From positions 1 to 64,000 of IMG/VR virus record IMGVR_UViG_3300034683_000117: a DNA stretch of 64,000 nucleotides. One strand, written 5' to 3'. Positions 1 to 10,473 of the stretch are shown one piece after another. The first letter of the stretch is position 1. Every line of letters starts with the position of its first letter. The DNA is from a virus. The notes beneath the pieces were generated by a model. The model was not told the DNA's origin and did not search any database. It saw only the letters and a list, made by a program, of their open reading frames with translations. Position numbers and translations under genes: made by a program.

Positions 1-163
1 CAGCAGTAGATGCGTACTATTTACCATTTATATTTACCATAACAGCAGGCAGCAAATATAAATTAAATTCCGACACAGAAACTACTACATCAGCAAATAC
101 AGTTCTAACAGTTGCTTGCCCTATTACAGGATATATCAAATACAAGAAAGGAAGTTTTTAATT

Positions 164-511
164 ATGCGTTACAAAATATGGAACGGTACAGATAATCTAG
201 TTACACCTATAGGAGAGGTATTAACCCCCCAGCAGGTACATGAGAGATTTCCCGCATCGGCTATCGCCGGCATAAAGTGGGTGATAGCCGATAACCCAAT
301 ATCCATGAGTGTGTTTATGGAATTCGAGGCTACAAAGGCTATGTATAAGCAGCAAGGGGCACCGATTACAGATGATATGACAGACCAAGAAGTGCTGGAC
401 GCTATATCAGACTTCGAGGAAAATCCGCCTGCACCCGAACCTACTGCCGAAGAAAGAATAGCGTCTGCATTGGAATTCCAAAATTTAATATCAATGCCTG
501 ACGATGTATAG
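164..511 (+). CDS. Tail-associated hypothetical protein (XkdW-like position)
   Basis: ATG at 164 after GGAAG is likelier than the TTG at 116; C-terminal PEPTAEERIASALE motif is typical of genes preceding xkdX. Confidence 0.55.
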   Translation: MRYKIWNGTDNLVTPIGEVLTPQQVHERFPASAIAGIKWVIADNPISMSVFMEFEATKAMYKQQGAPITDDMTDQEVLDAISDFEENPPAPEPTAEERIASALEFQNLISMPDDV

Positions 512-522
512 GAGGTGTAACA

Positions 523-663
523 ATGACATACGAGATGATAAAGAAAAACTATGATAGAGGGCTGTGGAATAAACAAATGGTGGCTGTAGCAGTTAAAAAA
601 GGTGTAATAACGCCTGAACAATATAAAGAGATAACAGGAGATGATTATCCAATTCAACAATAA
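523..663 (+). CDS. xkdX: XkdX family protein (46 aa, not in ORF track)
   Basis: MTYEMIKKNYDRGLWNKQMVAVAVKKGVITPEQYKEITGDDY has the XkdX signature (Y..GLW...V..G.IT.EQY.EITG); GGAGG RBS. Confidence 0.85.
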   Translation: MTYEMIKKNYDRGLWNKQMVAVAVKKGVITPEQYKEITGDDYPIQQ

Positions 664-697
664 GGCGGTGAAATAACAGTTTTATACTGTTAACGCT

Positions 698-1774
698 ATG
701 TATAATAGTTATGTATATAATGGAGCGATGTACAATGATACATCGTTCCAAACAGTCCAAAGTAATATTACAAGTAACTCGATTATAGTTTGCAATACAT
801 CTGTCAAAATGGTCAGTCATGCATTATTAGCAAGCAATACATTGTGTGATATTCAAATTATTAAATCTGTATTTGGGAATAGTCTAATATCCAGCAACAC
901 CAATGTTCAGGATATAATATATCAACGTATACGCCGCACTAATATGCTGCAGTTAACTGCAAATATTATGTTAACAATTAATACGCGGCGTGTATTATAT
1001 GTGTATCCTTACGTTGTGAGTGCAGTTGCTGATATATATGGTACAGGTGTTGCGGCTAATTATGTTATAACTACCGACGGAATATTATATCCATTTGGTA
1101 TGTATATTATGTCAGATTACAGACTTGATATAATGCCGTCTACTAAAGATTATGTTGAAACAATTCCTGGGCGACATGGTGAATTAGATTTTGGTACTGA
1201 TTATGCTGCTCGCGCTATCAATTTACATGGTATTATAGAATCTAACAATGCAGAACGTACTAATGCATTAAAAAGACAGATGGCTCAATCTTTAAATCCA
1301 TCAATGGGTAATAAAACGTTGATATTTGCAGACGATTATCAGAAAGTGCATTATGTCAAATATAGTGGGCAAATTGATTTAGTGCAATACCCAAGCGGAT
1401 TTGAAGTGACTATACCGTTTAAAATGAATGACCCGTATATATATGCAACATTCACTCAAACACATATCGGTGATGGTGTTATTGTTAATAATGGAAATAT
1501 TGCATGTCCTATGTTAATAACAATTTGTGGGCCTGCGAATTCTACTATATCTATTAAAATAAATAACCAATTTATTGTATTTAGTCATTCTATATTAGAT
1601 GGTGATATATTGAATGTTGATACACACAATCTTACGGCATATATTGGCGATAACAATGTGGTTGGCTATGTTGACGGTATTGATTCTAAACTTATACCTG
1701 GTGATAACGTTGTTACAATACAGGGCGTCGATCCAGCGGCAGTAACAATCACATATAGAGAAAGATGGGTGTAA
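698..1774 (+). CDS. Distal tail protein (Dit) with N-terminal extension
   Basis: IPGRHG..DFG, LIFADD..K.HY, F...DPY.Y, N.GN..CP, L.PG.N, YRERW motifs of the siphophage Dit family; directly upstream of Tal. Confidence 0.8.
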   Translation: MYNSYVYNGAMYNDTSFQTVQSNITSNSIIVCNTSVKMVSHALLASNTLCDIQIIKSVFGNSLISSNTNVQDIIYQRIRRTNMLQLTANIMLTINTRRVLYVYPYVVSAVADIYGTGVAANYVITTDGILYPFGMYIMSDYRLDIMPSTKDYVETIPGRHGELDFGTDYAARAINLHGIIESNNAERTNALKRQMAQSLNPSMGNKTLIFADDYQKVHYVKYSGQIDLVQYPSGFEVTIPFKMNDPYIYATFTQTHIGDGVIVNNGNIACPMLITICGPANSTISIKINNQFIVFSHSILDGDILNVDTHNLTAYIGDNNVVGYVDGIDSKLIPGDNVVTIQGVDPAAVTITYRERWV

Positions 1775-3936
1775 ACATGTTAATAATCAAACACGATGGA
1801 CTGCCTTTAGCATATATTACTCCGGAATCCGATAATCTAAAAGATGTATGGATAGACAAACAGCTCAATGGCCCATGTACGTTGTCATTTTCTCTCCCAT
1901 TAAGCAGCAGTAAATGGCAATATATTACTCCACAGAATGTTATCGAATGTGATGGAAAAGATTTTATAATACTAAACGAGTCTGCAATTGAACACACGCG
2001 TGAAGGGCGTACTGTGTGGGGAACAGTGCAAGCTGAGGAAAGTTGGATATTATTAAGCAAAAATTTTCCAAGCATCCCCCCCGCAGGGACACCAGTTGGC
2101 GAATTAATTGTAACTATTCTATCGTCAAGTGCGTATACAGTACTATCCAAACTGTTGCAAAATACTGATTGGACCGTTGGGTCTGTTGACAGTAGCGATA
2201 TTCATGACTTAGAAACAGAAAAATTGTCTACCCTTGCTAATATAAATGAGGTGCAAAAAATATGGGGCGGATATTTAGTTTGGGACAGCTTCGCACACAC
2301 TGTGAGCCTACGCAGCGAAGATGCGTGGCAACCTTATACTGGATTCCGTATACAATATGCTAAAAATGAGAAATCCATTACTCGTACCACAGATTGCAAT
2401 ATAACTACCAGATTATATCCGTTTGGTAAAGAGGATTTGAATATTGCTAACGTTAATAACGGCATCTTATATTTAGAGAACTACCAGTATACCGATCAGG
2501 TATTAGAGGATATCATGCAATATCCTGATATTGACAATCAAACAGAACTCAAAAACAAAGCCATAGAAGATTTAGCTAAATTATCAAAGCCCCGCGTTAA
2601 TTATAAGGTCAGTATTGTAGATGTGCGTACATTACCTGGGTATGAACACGAAATATTTGATATCGGTCATATTGTCGATATATATGATCCAGAGTTATCA
2701 CCAGACGGTGCGCATGTGCGAATTATCCGCTATAAATACAATGTATTACAACCATGGCAATGTGAACTCGAGATCGGCGACCCAATGGAAACTATTGAAT
2801 CAATTTTAGCTGATTCGTCACAAACGTCAGACACTGTAACTAATAATAAAGATAAATGGGATAGTGCACCTGAAAACCTTAATAAACTGGTCAACGGACA
2901 GTATGTTGGTGGTACGTTTATCGACGGTACCAGCGTAATATCTCCAACAATAGGTGGCAACAATGGTAAGTTTATTGGTACTGTAACGGTTGGTTCTGGT
3001 AGTCCTATTGTAATTGATGGTGTAAATAAAAAAATTAGCATTAATTCTACTAATTACATTGATACTAATGGGATTCATGTTGATGCAGCATACATTAGAG
3101 GCACGCTTGATGCAAGTATTGTTAATGTTACAAATATAAATGCTAGTAATATTACTACTGGAACACTAACAGGTATAACATTAACTGGTGTCACCATATA
3201 TGCAACTGGTGATATGAATGTGGGTAAGAATATTATATTATATAAAGATTATGGTGGTATTGGAGGAGTTTTACAGTTTGGGCCATCAAACAGCGCACCA
3301 AAAGTAGCAACATTTGGAAATACACTTGCTATAGTTGGATATGACGGTAGTGGGGACGTTACTGTATATGGAACTCTAGGGAGTACGCATTTACGGAGTA
3401 ATAATATATATACAGATTATTTATACGGAAGTCATAATTCTGATCAAATATATATTGGTTCATATGGTTGTCGTATTGATACTACTAGTGGAATATTGCG
3501 TTTACAACAATCAACAAGCGATTATATATCTATAGATTCTAGCGGGAATGTAGCGATTTATGCTGGTGGCACTGTAAAGCATAGGTTTAATTCCGATGGT
3601 ACCAAAACTGGCGGTAGTATTGTTATTGATGGTGTAAACTTAGGTATGTCGCCTATTGATGCTCCGGAAATTTTAATAGCTGATATAATGCGCAATGTAT
3701 CGCTAATAGCAGGTGACAATGAAATATTACTAGACGACAAAACTGCGCAAGCTTTATATGACTATTCGGTATTTATAGAAAATAATAATGGGGTAGGAGT
3801 TATGAGTAAACAATATGATAAATTTATAGTACATTCCGATATACCAAAAACAGTCGATATATTAGTGGTCGGACGTCGTGTTGAACACGAAGATACGCGA
3901 TGGATTCAGATGGATAATATACAAGAAGGGAGTTAG
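1765..3936 (+). CDS. Phage tail protein / Tal-like baseplate hub (Prophage_tail family)
   Basis: YAKNEKSITR, ITTRLYPFGK, PRVNYKVSIVD, IGHIVDIYDPEL; Gly/Thr-rich beta-repeat C-terminal half. Confidence 0.8.
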   Translation: MGVNMLIIKHDGLPLAYITPESDNLKDVWIDKQLNGPCTLSFSLPLSSSKWQYITPQNVIECDGKDFIILNESAIEHTREGRTVWGTVQAEESWILLSKNFPSIPPAGTPVGELIVTILSSSAYTVLSKLLQNTDWTVGSVDSSDIHDLETEKLSTLANINEVQKIWGGYLVWDSFAHTVSLRSEDAWQPYTGFRIQYAKNEKSITRTTDCNITTRLYPFGKEDLNIANVNNGILYLENYQYTDQVLEDIMQYPDIDNQTELKNKAIEDLAKLSKPRVNYKVSIVDVRTLPGYEHEIFDIGHIVDIYDPELSPDGAHVRIIRYKYNVLQPWQCELEIGDPMETIESILADSSQTSDTVTNNKDKWDSAPENLNKLVNGQYVGGTFIDGTSVISPTIGGNNGKFIGTVTVGSGSPIVIDGVNKKISINSTNYIDTNGIHVDAAYIRGTLDASIVNVTNINASNITTGTLTGITLTGVTIYATGDMNVGKNIILYKDYGGIGGVLQFGPSNSAPKVATFGNTLAIVGYDGSGDVTVYGTLGSTHLRSNNIYTDYLYGSHNSDQIYIGSYGCRIDTTSGILRLQQSTSDYISIDSSGNVAIYAGGTVKHRFNSDGTKTGGSIVIDGVNLGMSPIDAPEILIADIMRNVSLIAGDNEILLDDKTAQALYDYSVFIENNNGVGVMSKQYDKFIVHSDIPKTVDILVVGRRVEHEDTRWIQMDNIQEGS

Positions 3937-3942
3937 CAATTT

Positions 3943-4092
3943 ATGGATGTAGATGTAAATAAAATAATAGAGAAATTACAGATGATTATAGGACAACAGG
4001 CCGTACAAATTGCAGCACTGCAAGTTGTCGTAGATGAATTACAAGCCAAATTAGGTGATAATAATGGCACAAAACAAGATAGTCAATCCTGA
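3943..4092 (+). CDS. Small coiled-coil protein (49 aa, not in ORF track)
   Basis: MDVDVNKIIEKLQMIIGQQAVQIAALQVVVDELQAKL...; GGAG RBS; fills the gap between Tal and the recombinase. Confidence 0.6.
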   Translation: MDVDVNKIIEKLQMIIGQQAVQIAALQVVVDELQAKLGDNNGTKQDSQS

Positions 4093-5047
4093 TGAATTCC
4101 AAACTAAAGTATCACGTGAAAACAAGGCGTTGATACAAGACTTTTTAGATGAAAAAAGGGCGCAAGGTAAGCGCCCTAAAACTATATATCAGTACGAACA
4201 TGACATGAGAATTATTGTCACATTATTATATCGGCATTTTGATAATAAAAGTTTACTCGAATTAACACGTAAAGATATACGCAAATTGGTTTTGATATTC
4301 CAAGATATGGGTATGTCAAATGCTAGAATTAATAGATTGGCAAGTTGTTTACGTTCTGCTTTAAGTTATTTTGAAGAAGATGATGAGATAGATTATCAAA
4401 ATAATGTGGCACATACAATAAAAGGGTTGCCTAAAGACCCGGTTAAAGAAATTGTATTTTTAAAAGATGAATGGATATATATGTTGCGTGATGAGCTTAT
4501 TAGACGCGATAATTTGCTTGTTGCTATGTATTTAATGTTATCATATATTACGGCAGGCCGTAAGAACGAAATTCTGCAAATATTGAAAAACGGATTGCTT
4601 GATGGTTATACAACAAACATGGTAGTCGGCAAACGTGGCAAAAAATTCAGGTTATATTATGACCAAGATACGCAGGATATTATTAGGGAGTATTTAAAAC
4701 AACGCGGGGACGATGATATTGAGGAACTGTTTGTTAAAGTTAAAAAAGACGGCAGCAAAGAAGTGTGCGGTTATGGTTCGCCTGACTATTGGTGCCGTTA
4801 TATGTCTCGTATTTTAACTCAATTGCTTAACACACAAATTAAATTTAACCCACATTCTCTGCGCCATTCACGCTTAGAAAATCTGTCAACTGGCAATAAC
4901 AAATATGGAATTAAAGTTGACCTTAGCGATTTACAAGTATTGGCAAATCATTCTGACCCTGGAACAACTAAAAACTATATCATGGAACACAAAGAAGATT
5001 CATTAAGTAAGATTTTTAGGATAGACCCTAATCAATTCGTATTATAA
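4064..5047 (+). CDS. Tyrosine recombinase/integrase
   Basis: AGRKNE (R), GKRGK (K), PHSLRHS (HxxR), ANHSD...TKNY (H, Y) catalytic motifs; SAM-like N-terminus. Confidence 0.9.
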   Translation: MAQNKIVNPDEFQTKVSRENKALIQDFLDEKRAQGKRPKTIYQYEHDMRIIVTLLYRHFDNKSLLELTRKDIRKLVLIFQDMGMSNARINRLASCLRSALSYFEEDDEIDYQNNVAHTIKGLPKDPVKEIVFLKDEWIYMLRDELIRRDNLLVAMYLMLSYITAGRKNEILQILKNGLLDGYTTNMVVGKRGKKFRLYYDQDTQDIIREYLKQRGDDDIEELFVKVKKDGSKEVCGYGSPDYWCRYMSRILTQLLNTQIKFNPHSLRHSRLENLSTGNNKYGIKVDLSDLQVLANHSDPGTTKNYIMEHKEDSLSKIFRIDPNQFVL

Positions 5048-5060
5048 GAGGTACAGACAT

Positions 5061-5324
5061 ATGGAAGAAAACAATTGGTATGATAATAAATCTCTCTTTG
5101 AAATGCTGCAAGAGGTCAAAGCCGACATATCAGAAATGCGTACAGAAATGGCAGAAACACGTACGTTAATTAGAGATTATAATGGCTTGAGGACAAAGGT
5201 GGAAGAAACAGCAAGAGCTACAGAAAGAATTGCTGGACAATTAGCTGGGGCAATTAAAATTCTATCTATAGTTATATCGGGAATAAGTATACTTTTTGTT
5301 ATACTTAATTTTGCCATAAAATAA
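5061..5324 (+). CDS. XhlA/holin-like protein (coiled coil plus C-terminal TM helix)
   Basis: Coiled-coil N-terminus, hydrophobic C-terminus ILSIVISGISILFVILNFAI; ends the late operon. Confidence 0.55.
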   Translation: MEENNWYDNKSLFEMLQEVKADISEMRTEMAETRTLIRDYNGLRTKVEETARATERIAGQLAGAIKILSIVISGISILFVILNFAIK

Positions 5325-5338
5325 CAAATGTGTTATAT

Positions 5339-5374
5339 AACGGGTTGTTGGTGTATGCTGACAACCCGTTTTTT
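5339..5374 (+). terminator. Rho-independent terminator of the late operon
   Basis: AACGGGTTGTTGG-tgtatg-CTGACAACCCGTT followed by TTTT. Confidence 0.75.
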
Positions 5375-5439
5375 ATTGACAATTAAGATTATTAGCTATA
5401 TAATAGTGTGCAAAAGTATAATAATTGGAGGATAAAATT

Positions 5440-5693
5440 ATGACACCTTATGGGAAGATAAATTTAATCAGGCTGATATTGATACACAAAAATCTATGTT
5501 GAGCTTTATTATTGATAAAATAGTCGTTTATAAGGATAATATAGATATTACTTTGAATATGGATATAGAAAAATATTTACAAATTGTAGGGGTGCAAAAC
5601 TATAGTGGATGTCCTCCCGCTGAACTACTGCCCCGTAGTCAGTGCATTATCTATTATACGCATGTACATATGAAAAGTCAACATGTCAAGTAA
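5440..5693 (+). pseudogene. Remnant of a large serine recombinase (C-terminal tail only)
   Basis: Frame of ORF 5496 extended upstream reads LWEDKFNQADIDTQKSMLSFIIDKIVVYKDNIDITLN, typical of LSR C-termini; the ATG at 5440 with promoter and RBS is out of frame. Confidence 0.55.
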
Positions 5694-5707
5694 AAAAAAT
5701 AGCAGCC

Positions 5708-5896
5708 CTATTTGGCTGCTAATAACTGTAATATATAATTATTATCTATATCATTATTATTAAAGCGTACTGTTACCCACATTTTAGATTTATCGTCATA
5801 TCGTTTGAACACTTTATTGTTTGTATCATACGTATATTCTACACCATTAATTATTACACGTGTTATTGGATTAGTTTGTAATAATTCTACCGACAA
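5708..5896 (-). CDS. Hypothetical protein (62 aa)
   Basis: Overlaps the resolvase stop codon; last gene of the minus-strand operon. Confidence 0.6.
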   Translation of the reverse strand: MSVELLQTNPITRVIINGVEYTYDTNNKVFKRYDDKSKMWVTVRFNNNDIDNNYILQLLAAK

Positions 5897-6258
5897 GCTT
5901 CTCTATCTCCTTTCGGGGCTGTATTAGAAGCTAATTCTATAAATTCATCTATATCCATAATGACAATCCATTTTCCTCTGTCGGCACGAAAGAATACATA
6001 ATTGCTGTTTTCGTCCTCATTTAGCCATTTTTGTATTGTGGCTAACTCATTCTTACGACGTTTTACTTCTATACGTTTACCATTTCCCATTACAACATCG
6101 CAACTATATTTTTGTGTTTTAAGAGAACCTGACAACGGAATACGTTCGGCCTGTATTCCGTTATTTTGCAGAATTTTTACAACCTCGTTTTCACCAGTCC
6201 TCCCTTTTGCTTTACTACGCTTACCTAGCCTGCTCCTGTCAATAGGTTGTTCAGACAT
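5887..6258 (-). CDS. Holliday junction resolvase (Hjc-like PD-(D/E)xK)
   Basis: SKAKG..GE.EV, RIPLSG, D, IEVKRR motifs. Confidence 0.8.
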   Translation of the reverse strand: MSEQPIDRSRLGKRSKAKGRTGENEVVKILQNNGIQAERIPLSGSLKTQKYSCDVVMGNGKRIEVKRRKNELATIQKWLNEDENSNYVFFRADRGKWIVIMDIDEFIELASNTAPKGDREACR

Positions 6259-6272
6259 AACTATAATCCTTC

Positions 6273-9200
6273 CTATACACTATATTTTTGCACAATAGCG
6301 AACGATGATATATATTCATCTATATCACCCGTCTCCACCCATTCCTCATCTTTTTTATAAACCTTTGGTCTTTCATAAATATTGTTAATGCGTATAATGT
6401 CATATTTATTAACCAACAGCCGCACTTGCGGATTATCGTGTGTTGGATTTCCATACAATATGTCTCTTTTGACTTTATATACTTTTGACTCGCCATTACA
6501 TAGCAATACTACATTTAGTCTGGGCGTATATTTAGTATTAATATCTGTTATCATTGCGTATTCTCGGCCAAGGCTTTGAGCTGTAGTTTGCACATAGCCG
6601 AGATATTCCATTTCAGCTATGATCTGTTCCTGTATTGGCAATGGTTTATCATCAAGTGTTTGTGCATATTGTCTAATTTCTTCCAGTCGTTTTCGTTTAG
6701 TTTTATCAACATAAGTTGTTTTATATCGTTCTGTAAATTTATTAAATATATTGAGTAATTTACCATTGTGTCCAAATTCACTAAAAAAGTTTAAAGTAAT
6801 CAGTATTTTTAATTGTTTGGTATTAATCTTGGTATTTTCTATAATATCTACTAATAAATCTATAAAATTACTATATTGTTTGTTACTGATTTTCTGCAAT
6901 TCGTCGGCAATTTGGATGTTGCAATGCTTAATCAATCCGATACCATAACGAATAGCATTATTATCTACTGTACATAACGCGGAGCACTTTTTATATGAGC
7001 TTGGTAAAAACGTAATTTTATGTTCAATTATATCAATCCCATGCTCTGAAATTTTATCAAATTTGCCAGCATACGAGTTTAATAAGGCACAAAAGAATTC
7101 TACCGGATGATGCACTTTCAGCATAGCTGTAATATATGCTGTAATAGCATATGCGTAGCTATGAGCACGATTGAATGAATACTTTGCAAAATCCAGCATA
7201 TCATTCCACAATTGCTCAATTTGGTCGTCTGTCCATCCGCTCTTTAACAGTCCTTCTTGCAATTCAGGTTTAATCTGATCCATGAGTTCAGGTATCTTTT
7301 TTGCACAAGCTTTGCGTAAGTTATCGGGGTTACGTAGGCCAGCCAATCTGCCTATATCAATTAATTCCTCTTGGAATACGATAATACCAAATGTAGATTT
7401 TAATATAGGATCTAGGTCTGGGTGAATATAACTATACGTTTCTTCCCCATGTTTACGTGCTATATAATTGTCAATATATCTTTTTGCCCCTGGCCGATAT
7501 AACGCATTGGCTACAGCAAGGTCATCAATACATGTTGGCTGCATCTTTTTGAGCACTTGACGCATACCACCACTTTCAAATTGGAATATACCGCTGGTGT
7601 CGCCTTGGCAAAACATATTCCATACTTCCGAATCATTAAAATCAATATTAAGTGGCGAAATATAATTGTAATCTTTGTGTATCATTGCCAGCGTGTCATA
7701 TATAACATCCAACGTACGCAGACCTAGCAAATCAATTTTAACCAATCCTAAATCTTCTGCATCGTGCATATCGCACTGCAACACTAGTTCACCGTTATTT
7801 TCGCCAACAGCGTTATAATATTCCATATCGCGATTAGCTATAATTTTGCCCGACGGGTGTACGCCAAAACTACGCGGTAGTCCTGACACTGCTTTAGCGT
7901 ATTTAAATAATTTCGGATATTGTCTGGCGTATTTGTTTATTGTTTCTTCTATACCATAATCGTCAATCATTTTGCTTATGGCATCTGTTTCGGCATACGG
8001 TATATCTAATACACGCCCTATATCTTTAATAGACAATTTATCTTGCATATATGTGAATTGGCCTATGCTAACAACTCTATCTGCACCATATTGATTGACT
8101 ATATGTTGTAATACCTTTTCTCTGTCCAGTACACCAAAGTCAAGGTCTACGTCAGGTACTTTTATTTCTTCTGGCTTAATTTGGCCTTGTTCTAATGCAT
8201 CTAACATAGATACATCTATAAAACGTTCAAAATATAAACCATATTTAATAGGGTCTATATCTACTATATGCATTAAATACGCTACTAACGAACCACCACT
8301 ACTCCCTCTGGCTATGCCACGACGCTGTACAGCATTAGAATAACTATATACCAGTAAATAATAACCCGCAAATCCCATTTTGTCGATGGCATTAAACTCA
8401 TATAGCAACCTGTCTAAATAAATTTGTTGTTGTTCTTTGTTTAGTTTATGAATACCGCGGTCAAGCCATCCTTTGCGACATATATCTTTTAAATATTCCA
8501 TTTCAGACGGATATTTGGCGGGTATATCTATATGTGGCATAATAGGGGGCGATAACGGTATATCAACGTTACACTTTGATGCAATAACATCTGTATTATT
8601 GATTGCTGCATCAATATCTTCTATAGGCAAGTGCGTTGCTAAAATTGACCGTACTTCATCTTCGCTTTGTAAATAACAGTCATTGTATGTTTCGCCAGCT
8701 TCACGCGCTTCTCCTATTTTGACAAATATATTATGAATTTCTTGATCTTGTTTATTAACATAATGATTATCTGTAGTAACTACCCATTGTATGCCTAAAT
8801 CTTTAGCTAATGCTACAATTTGCTGATTTAGTTGTTGCTGTACAGGGTCTGTATGGCTTTGTATTTCTAGGTAGTAATCATTACCCCATACTTGTTTATA
8901 TTGGTTTGCAATACTTCTTGCTAAATCTAAATTATTAGCCAATAATGCTCTTGATATTTCGCCAGCCATACACGCCGACGATATAACCAGACCTTCATGG
9001 TATTGTTGCAGGAGTTGAAAATCAATGCGTGGTTTATAATATTTACCCTCTAAATGCGCTTTAGTAAGCAAAATATTCAGGTTCTGCCTGCCAGTTTCGT
9101 TCTTAGCTAATACAAGTAAATGTGAATAACGGTTATTTTTATCATGAATTTTAATATCATCACATATATAAAACTCACAACCATAAATAAATTTAATATT

Positions 9201-9374
9201 ATATTTTTTACATAGTTTATACATTTTAATTGCGCCATACACGTTACCATGGTCAGTAAGAGCTATGGATGAATGACCTAGCTCTTTGACTTTAGATACT
9301 ATATCTTCTAATCGGGATATTGAATCTAATAATGAATAACATGAATGAGCATGTAGGTGTACCGTATATACCAC
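6273..9374 (-). CDS. dnaE: DNA polymerase III alpha subunit
   Basis: PHP domain (HLHAHSCYSLLD, ALTDHG), RGSSGGSLV, PDVDLDF, KIDLLGLRTL, YSFNRAHS. Confidence 0.97.
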   Translation of the reverse strand: MVYTVHLHAHSCYSLLDSISRLEDIVSKVKELGHSSIALTDHGNVYGAIKMYKLCKKYNIKFIYGCEFYICDDIKIHDKNNRYSHLLVLAKNETGRQNLNILLTKAHLEGKYYKPRIDFQLLQQYHEGLVISSACMAGEISRALLANNLDLARSIANQYKQVWGNDYYLEIQSHTDPVQQQLNQQIVALAKDLGIQWVVTTDNHYVNKQDQEIHNIFVKIGEAREAGETYNDCYLQSEDEVRSILATHLPIEDIDAAINNTDVIASKCNVDIPLSPPIMPHIDIPAKYPSEMEYLKDICRKGWLDRGIHKLNKEQQQIYLDRLLYEFNAIDKMGFAGYYLLVYSYSNAVQRRGIARGSSGGSLVAYLMHIVDIDPIKYGLYFERFIDVSMLDALEQGQIKPEEIKVPDVDLDFGVLDREKVLQHIVNQYGADRVVSIGQFTYMQDKLSIKDIGRVLDIPYAETDAISKMIDDYGIEETINKYARQYPKLFKYAKAVSGLPRSFGVHPSGKIIANRDMEYYNAVGENNGELVLQCDMHDAEDLGLVKIDLLGLRTLDVIYDTLAMIHKDYNYISPLNIDFNDSEVWNMFCQGDTSGIFQFESGGMRQVLKKMQPTCIDDLAVANALYRPGAKRYIDNYIARKHGEETYSYIHPDLDPILKSTFGIIVFQEELIDIGRLAGLRNPDNLRKACAKKIPELMDQIKPELQEGLLKSGWTDDQIEQLWNDMLDFAKYSFNRAHSYAYAITAYITAMLKVHHPVEFFCALLNSYAGKFDKISEHGIDIIEHKITFLPSSYKKCSALCTVDNNAIRYGIGLIKHCNIQIADELQKISNKQYSNFIDLLVDIIENTKINTKQLKILITLNFFSEFGHNGKLLNIFNKFTERYKTTYVDKTKRKRLEEIRQYAQTLDDKPLPIQEQIIAEMEYLGYVQTTAQSLGREYAMITDINTKYTPRLNVVLLCNGESKVYKVKRDILYGNPTHDNPQVRLLVNKYDIIRINNIYERPKVYKKDEEWVETGDIDEYISSFAIVQKYSV

Positions 9375-9397
9375 ACCTTTCTATACCATTAGTTGTC

Positions 9398-10018
9398 TTA
9401 TTTAGTTAAGGTAGTTTCTTGTGCATATTTGCACTGATTATTGCACGTTAGACATGGTGTTGCGAACCCAAAAATACAGCTATAATCTTTCATTAATATT
9501 TGCCATATATTAAAAGCCAAGTTAAAGTGTTCTGGCTGAACTTTGGCTTGGCATAAGCGTTTTTGCAAGTATTCAAACCATGCTCTACCATTACCAGCAA
9601 CCACCATATTAGTTGCTGTTGCATTTGGCAGTACATATCGCGCATCTTCTTTAGGTATACCATTATCCAATAAGGCATCATATAGGATTTGAGATTGACC
9701 TATAAATGCATTATATGAATCTATCAAATTAGCGTTCGCATATATAGAATGTGGCACTATAAACATATCTGGTTCTACATGTCTTTGGCTTTCAACCATA
9801 AAACTAAAATGTCTGTGTCGTGTTATTTCAGCTAACACAACACGCGAAATATCTTTTATCTCAAACGCAAACCAGCAAAACTCTAAACATGCTAATTCGT
9901 TATTGCGTATACACCGTTTAATTGTTTGTTCAGTACATTCCTTATTGCGGCATTTATTTAATGCTTTTATTACAGTTTCTAAACCATGAGTGTTCGCATC
10001 TATCAGTTCAACCTGCAT
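9398..10018 (-). CDS. thyX: FAD-dependent thymidylate synthase
   Basis: RHRHFSFMVESQR ThyX motif; PKEDARYVLPNAT. Confidence 0.92.
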   Translation of the reverse strand: MQVELIDANTHGLETVIKALNKCRNKECTEQTIKRCIRNNELACLEFCWFAFEIKDISRVVLAEITRHRHFSFMVESQRHVEPDMFIVPHSIYANANLIDSYNAFIGQSQILYDALLDNGIPKEDARYVLPNATATNMVVAGNGRAWFEYLQKRLCQAKVQPEHFNLAFNIWQILMKDYSCIFGFATPCLTCNNQCKYAQETTLTK

Positions 10019-10028
10019 AACATGCCTC

Positions 10029-10223
10029 CTATATATTATTGCAATATATTATTATATTGCCACAGTCACGGCATTTACCTTCAAATTTGAACATGCCATG
10101 TTCATTATTATCAGCAAGTCCGCCTTTAATAACGTCCCAATGCCTGGTCTTACATTGAGGGCAGTATGGTTTGCCCTCAATGTATGTGGCCTGTAATCTT
10201 TTTGGTTTTTTAGCTCTGCCCAT
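10029..10223 (-). CDS. Small zinc-ribbon protein
   Basis: Start MGRAKK at 10223 after GGAGG; CPQC...CRDC. Confidence 0.6.
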   Translation of the reverse strand: MGRAKKPKRLQATYIEGKPYCPQCKTRHWDVIKGGLADNNEHGMFKFEGKCRDCGNIIIYCNNI

Positions 10224-10227
10224 ATTA

Positions 10228-10473
10228 TTATTTCCTCCGTTCTTGATGTGCAGGGAAATACATGTCGCATGTTGTACAATAGCTGACTGGGATAAACGAA
10301 CCGTAGGTATCGCTATTTTCATCAGTGCATATATTATCGATACACAGCACTTCACTGTTTCTATCGGCCCAAAGAAACCAGCATTTGTGGCACAGGCGAC
10401 CAGCTTCTTCGTGTGCCTGGTACCATTTCTGATATGCTTCAGTATCTTGATACTGTTTAGACATGTTAATCAC
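10228..10473 (-). CDS. Cys-rich hypothetical protein
   Basis: CHKC...C...C...CTTC; fits the operon. Confidence 0.55.
   Translation of the reverse strand: MINMSKQYQDTEAYQKWYQAHEEAGRLCHKCWFLWADRNSEVLCIDNICTDENSDTYGSFIPVSYCTTCDMYFPAHQERRK

Noticed and set aside
1-3936. Diversity-generating retroelement acting on tail genes
   Set aside because: No reverse transcriptase and no TR/VR repeat pair seen in the window
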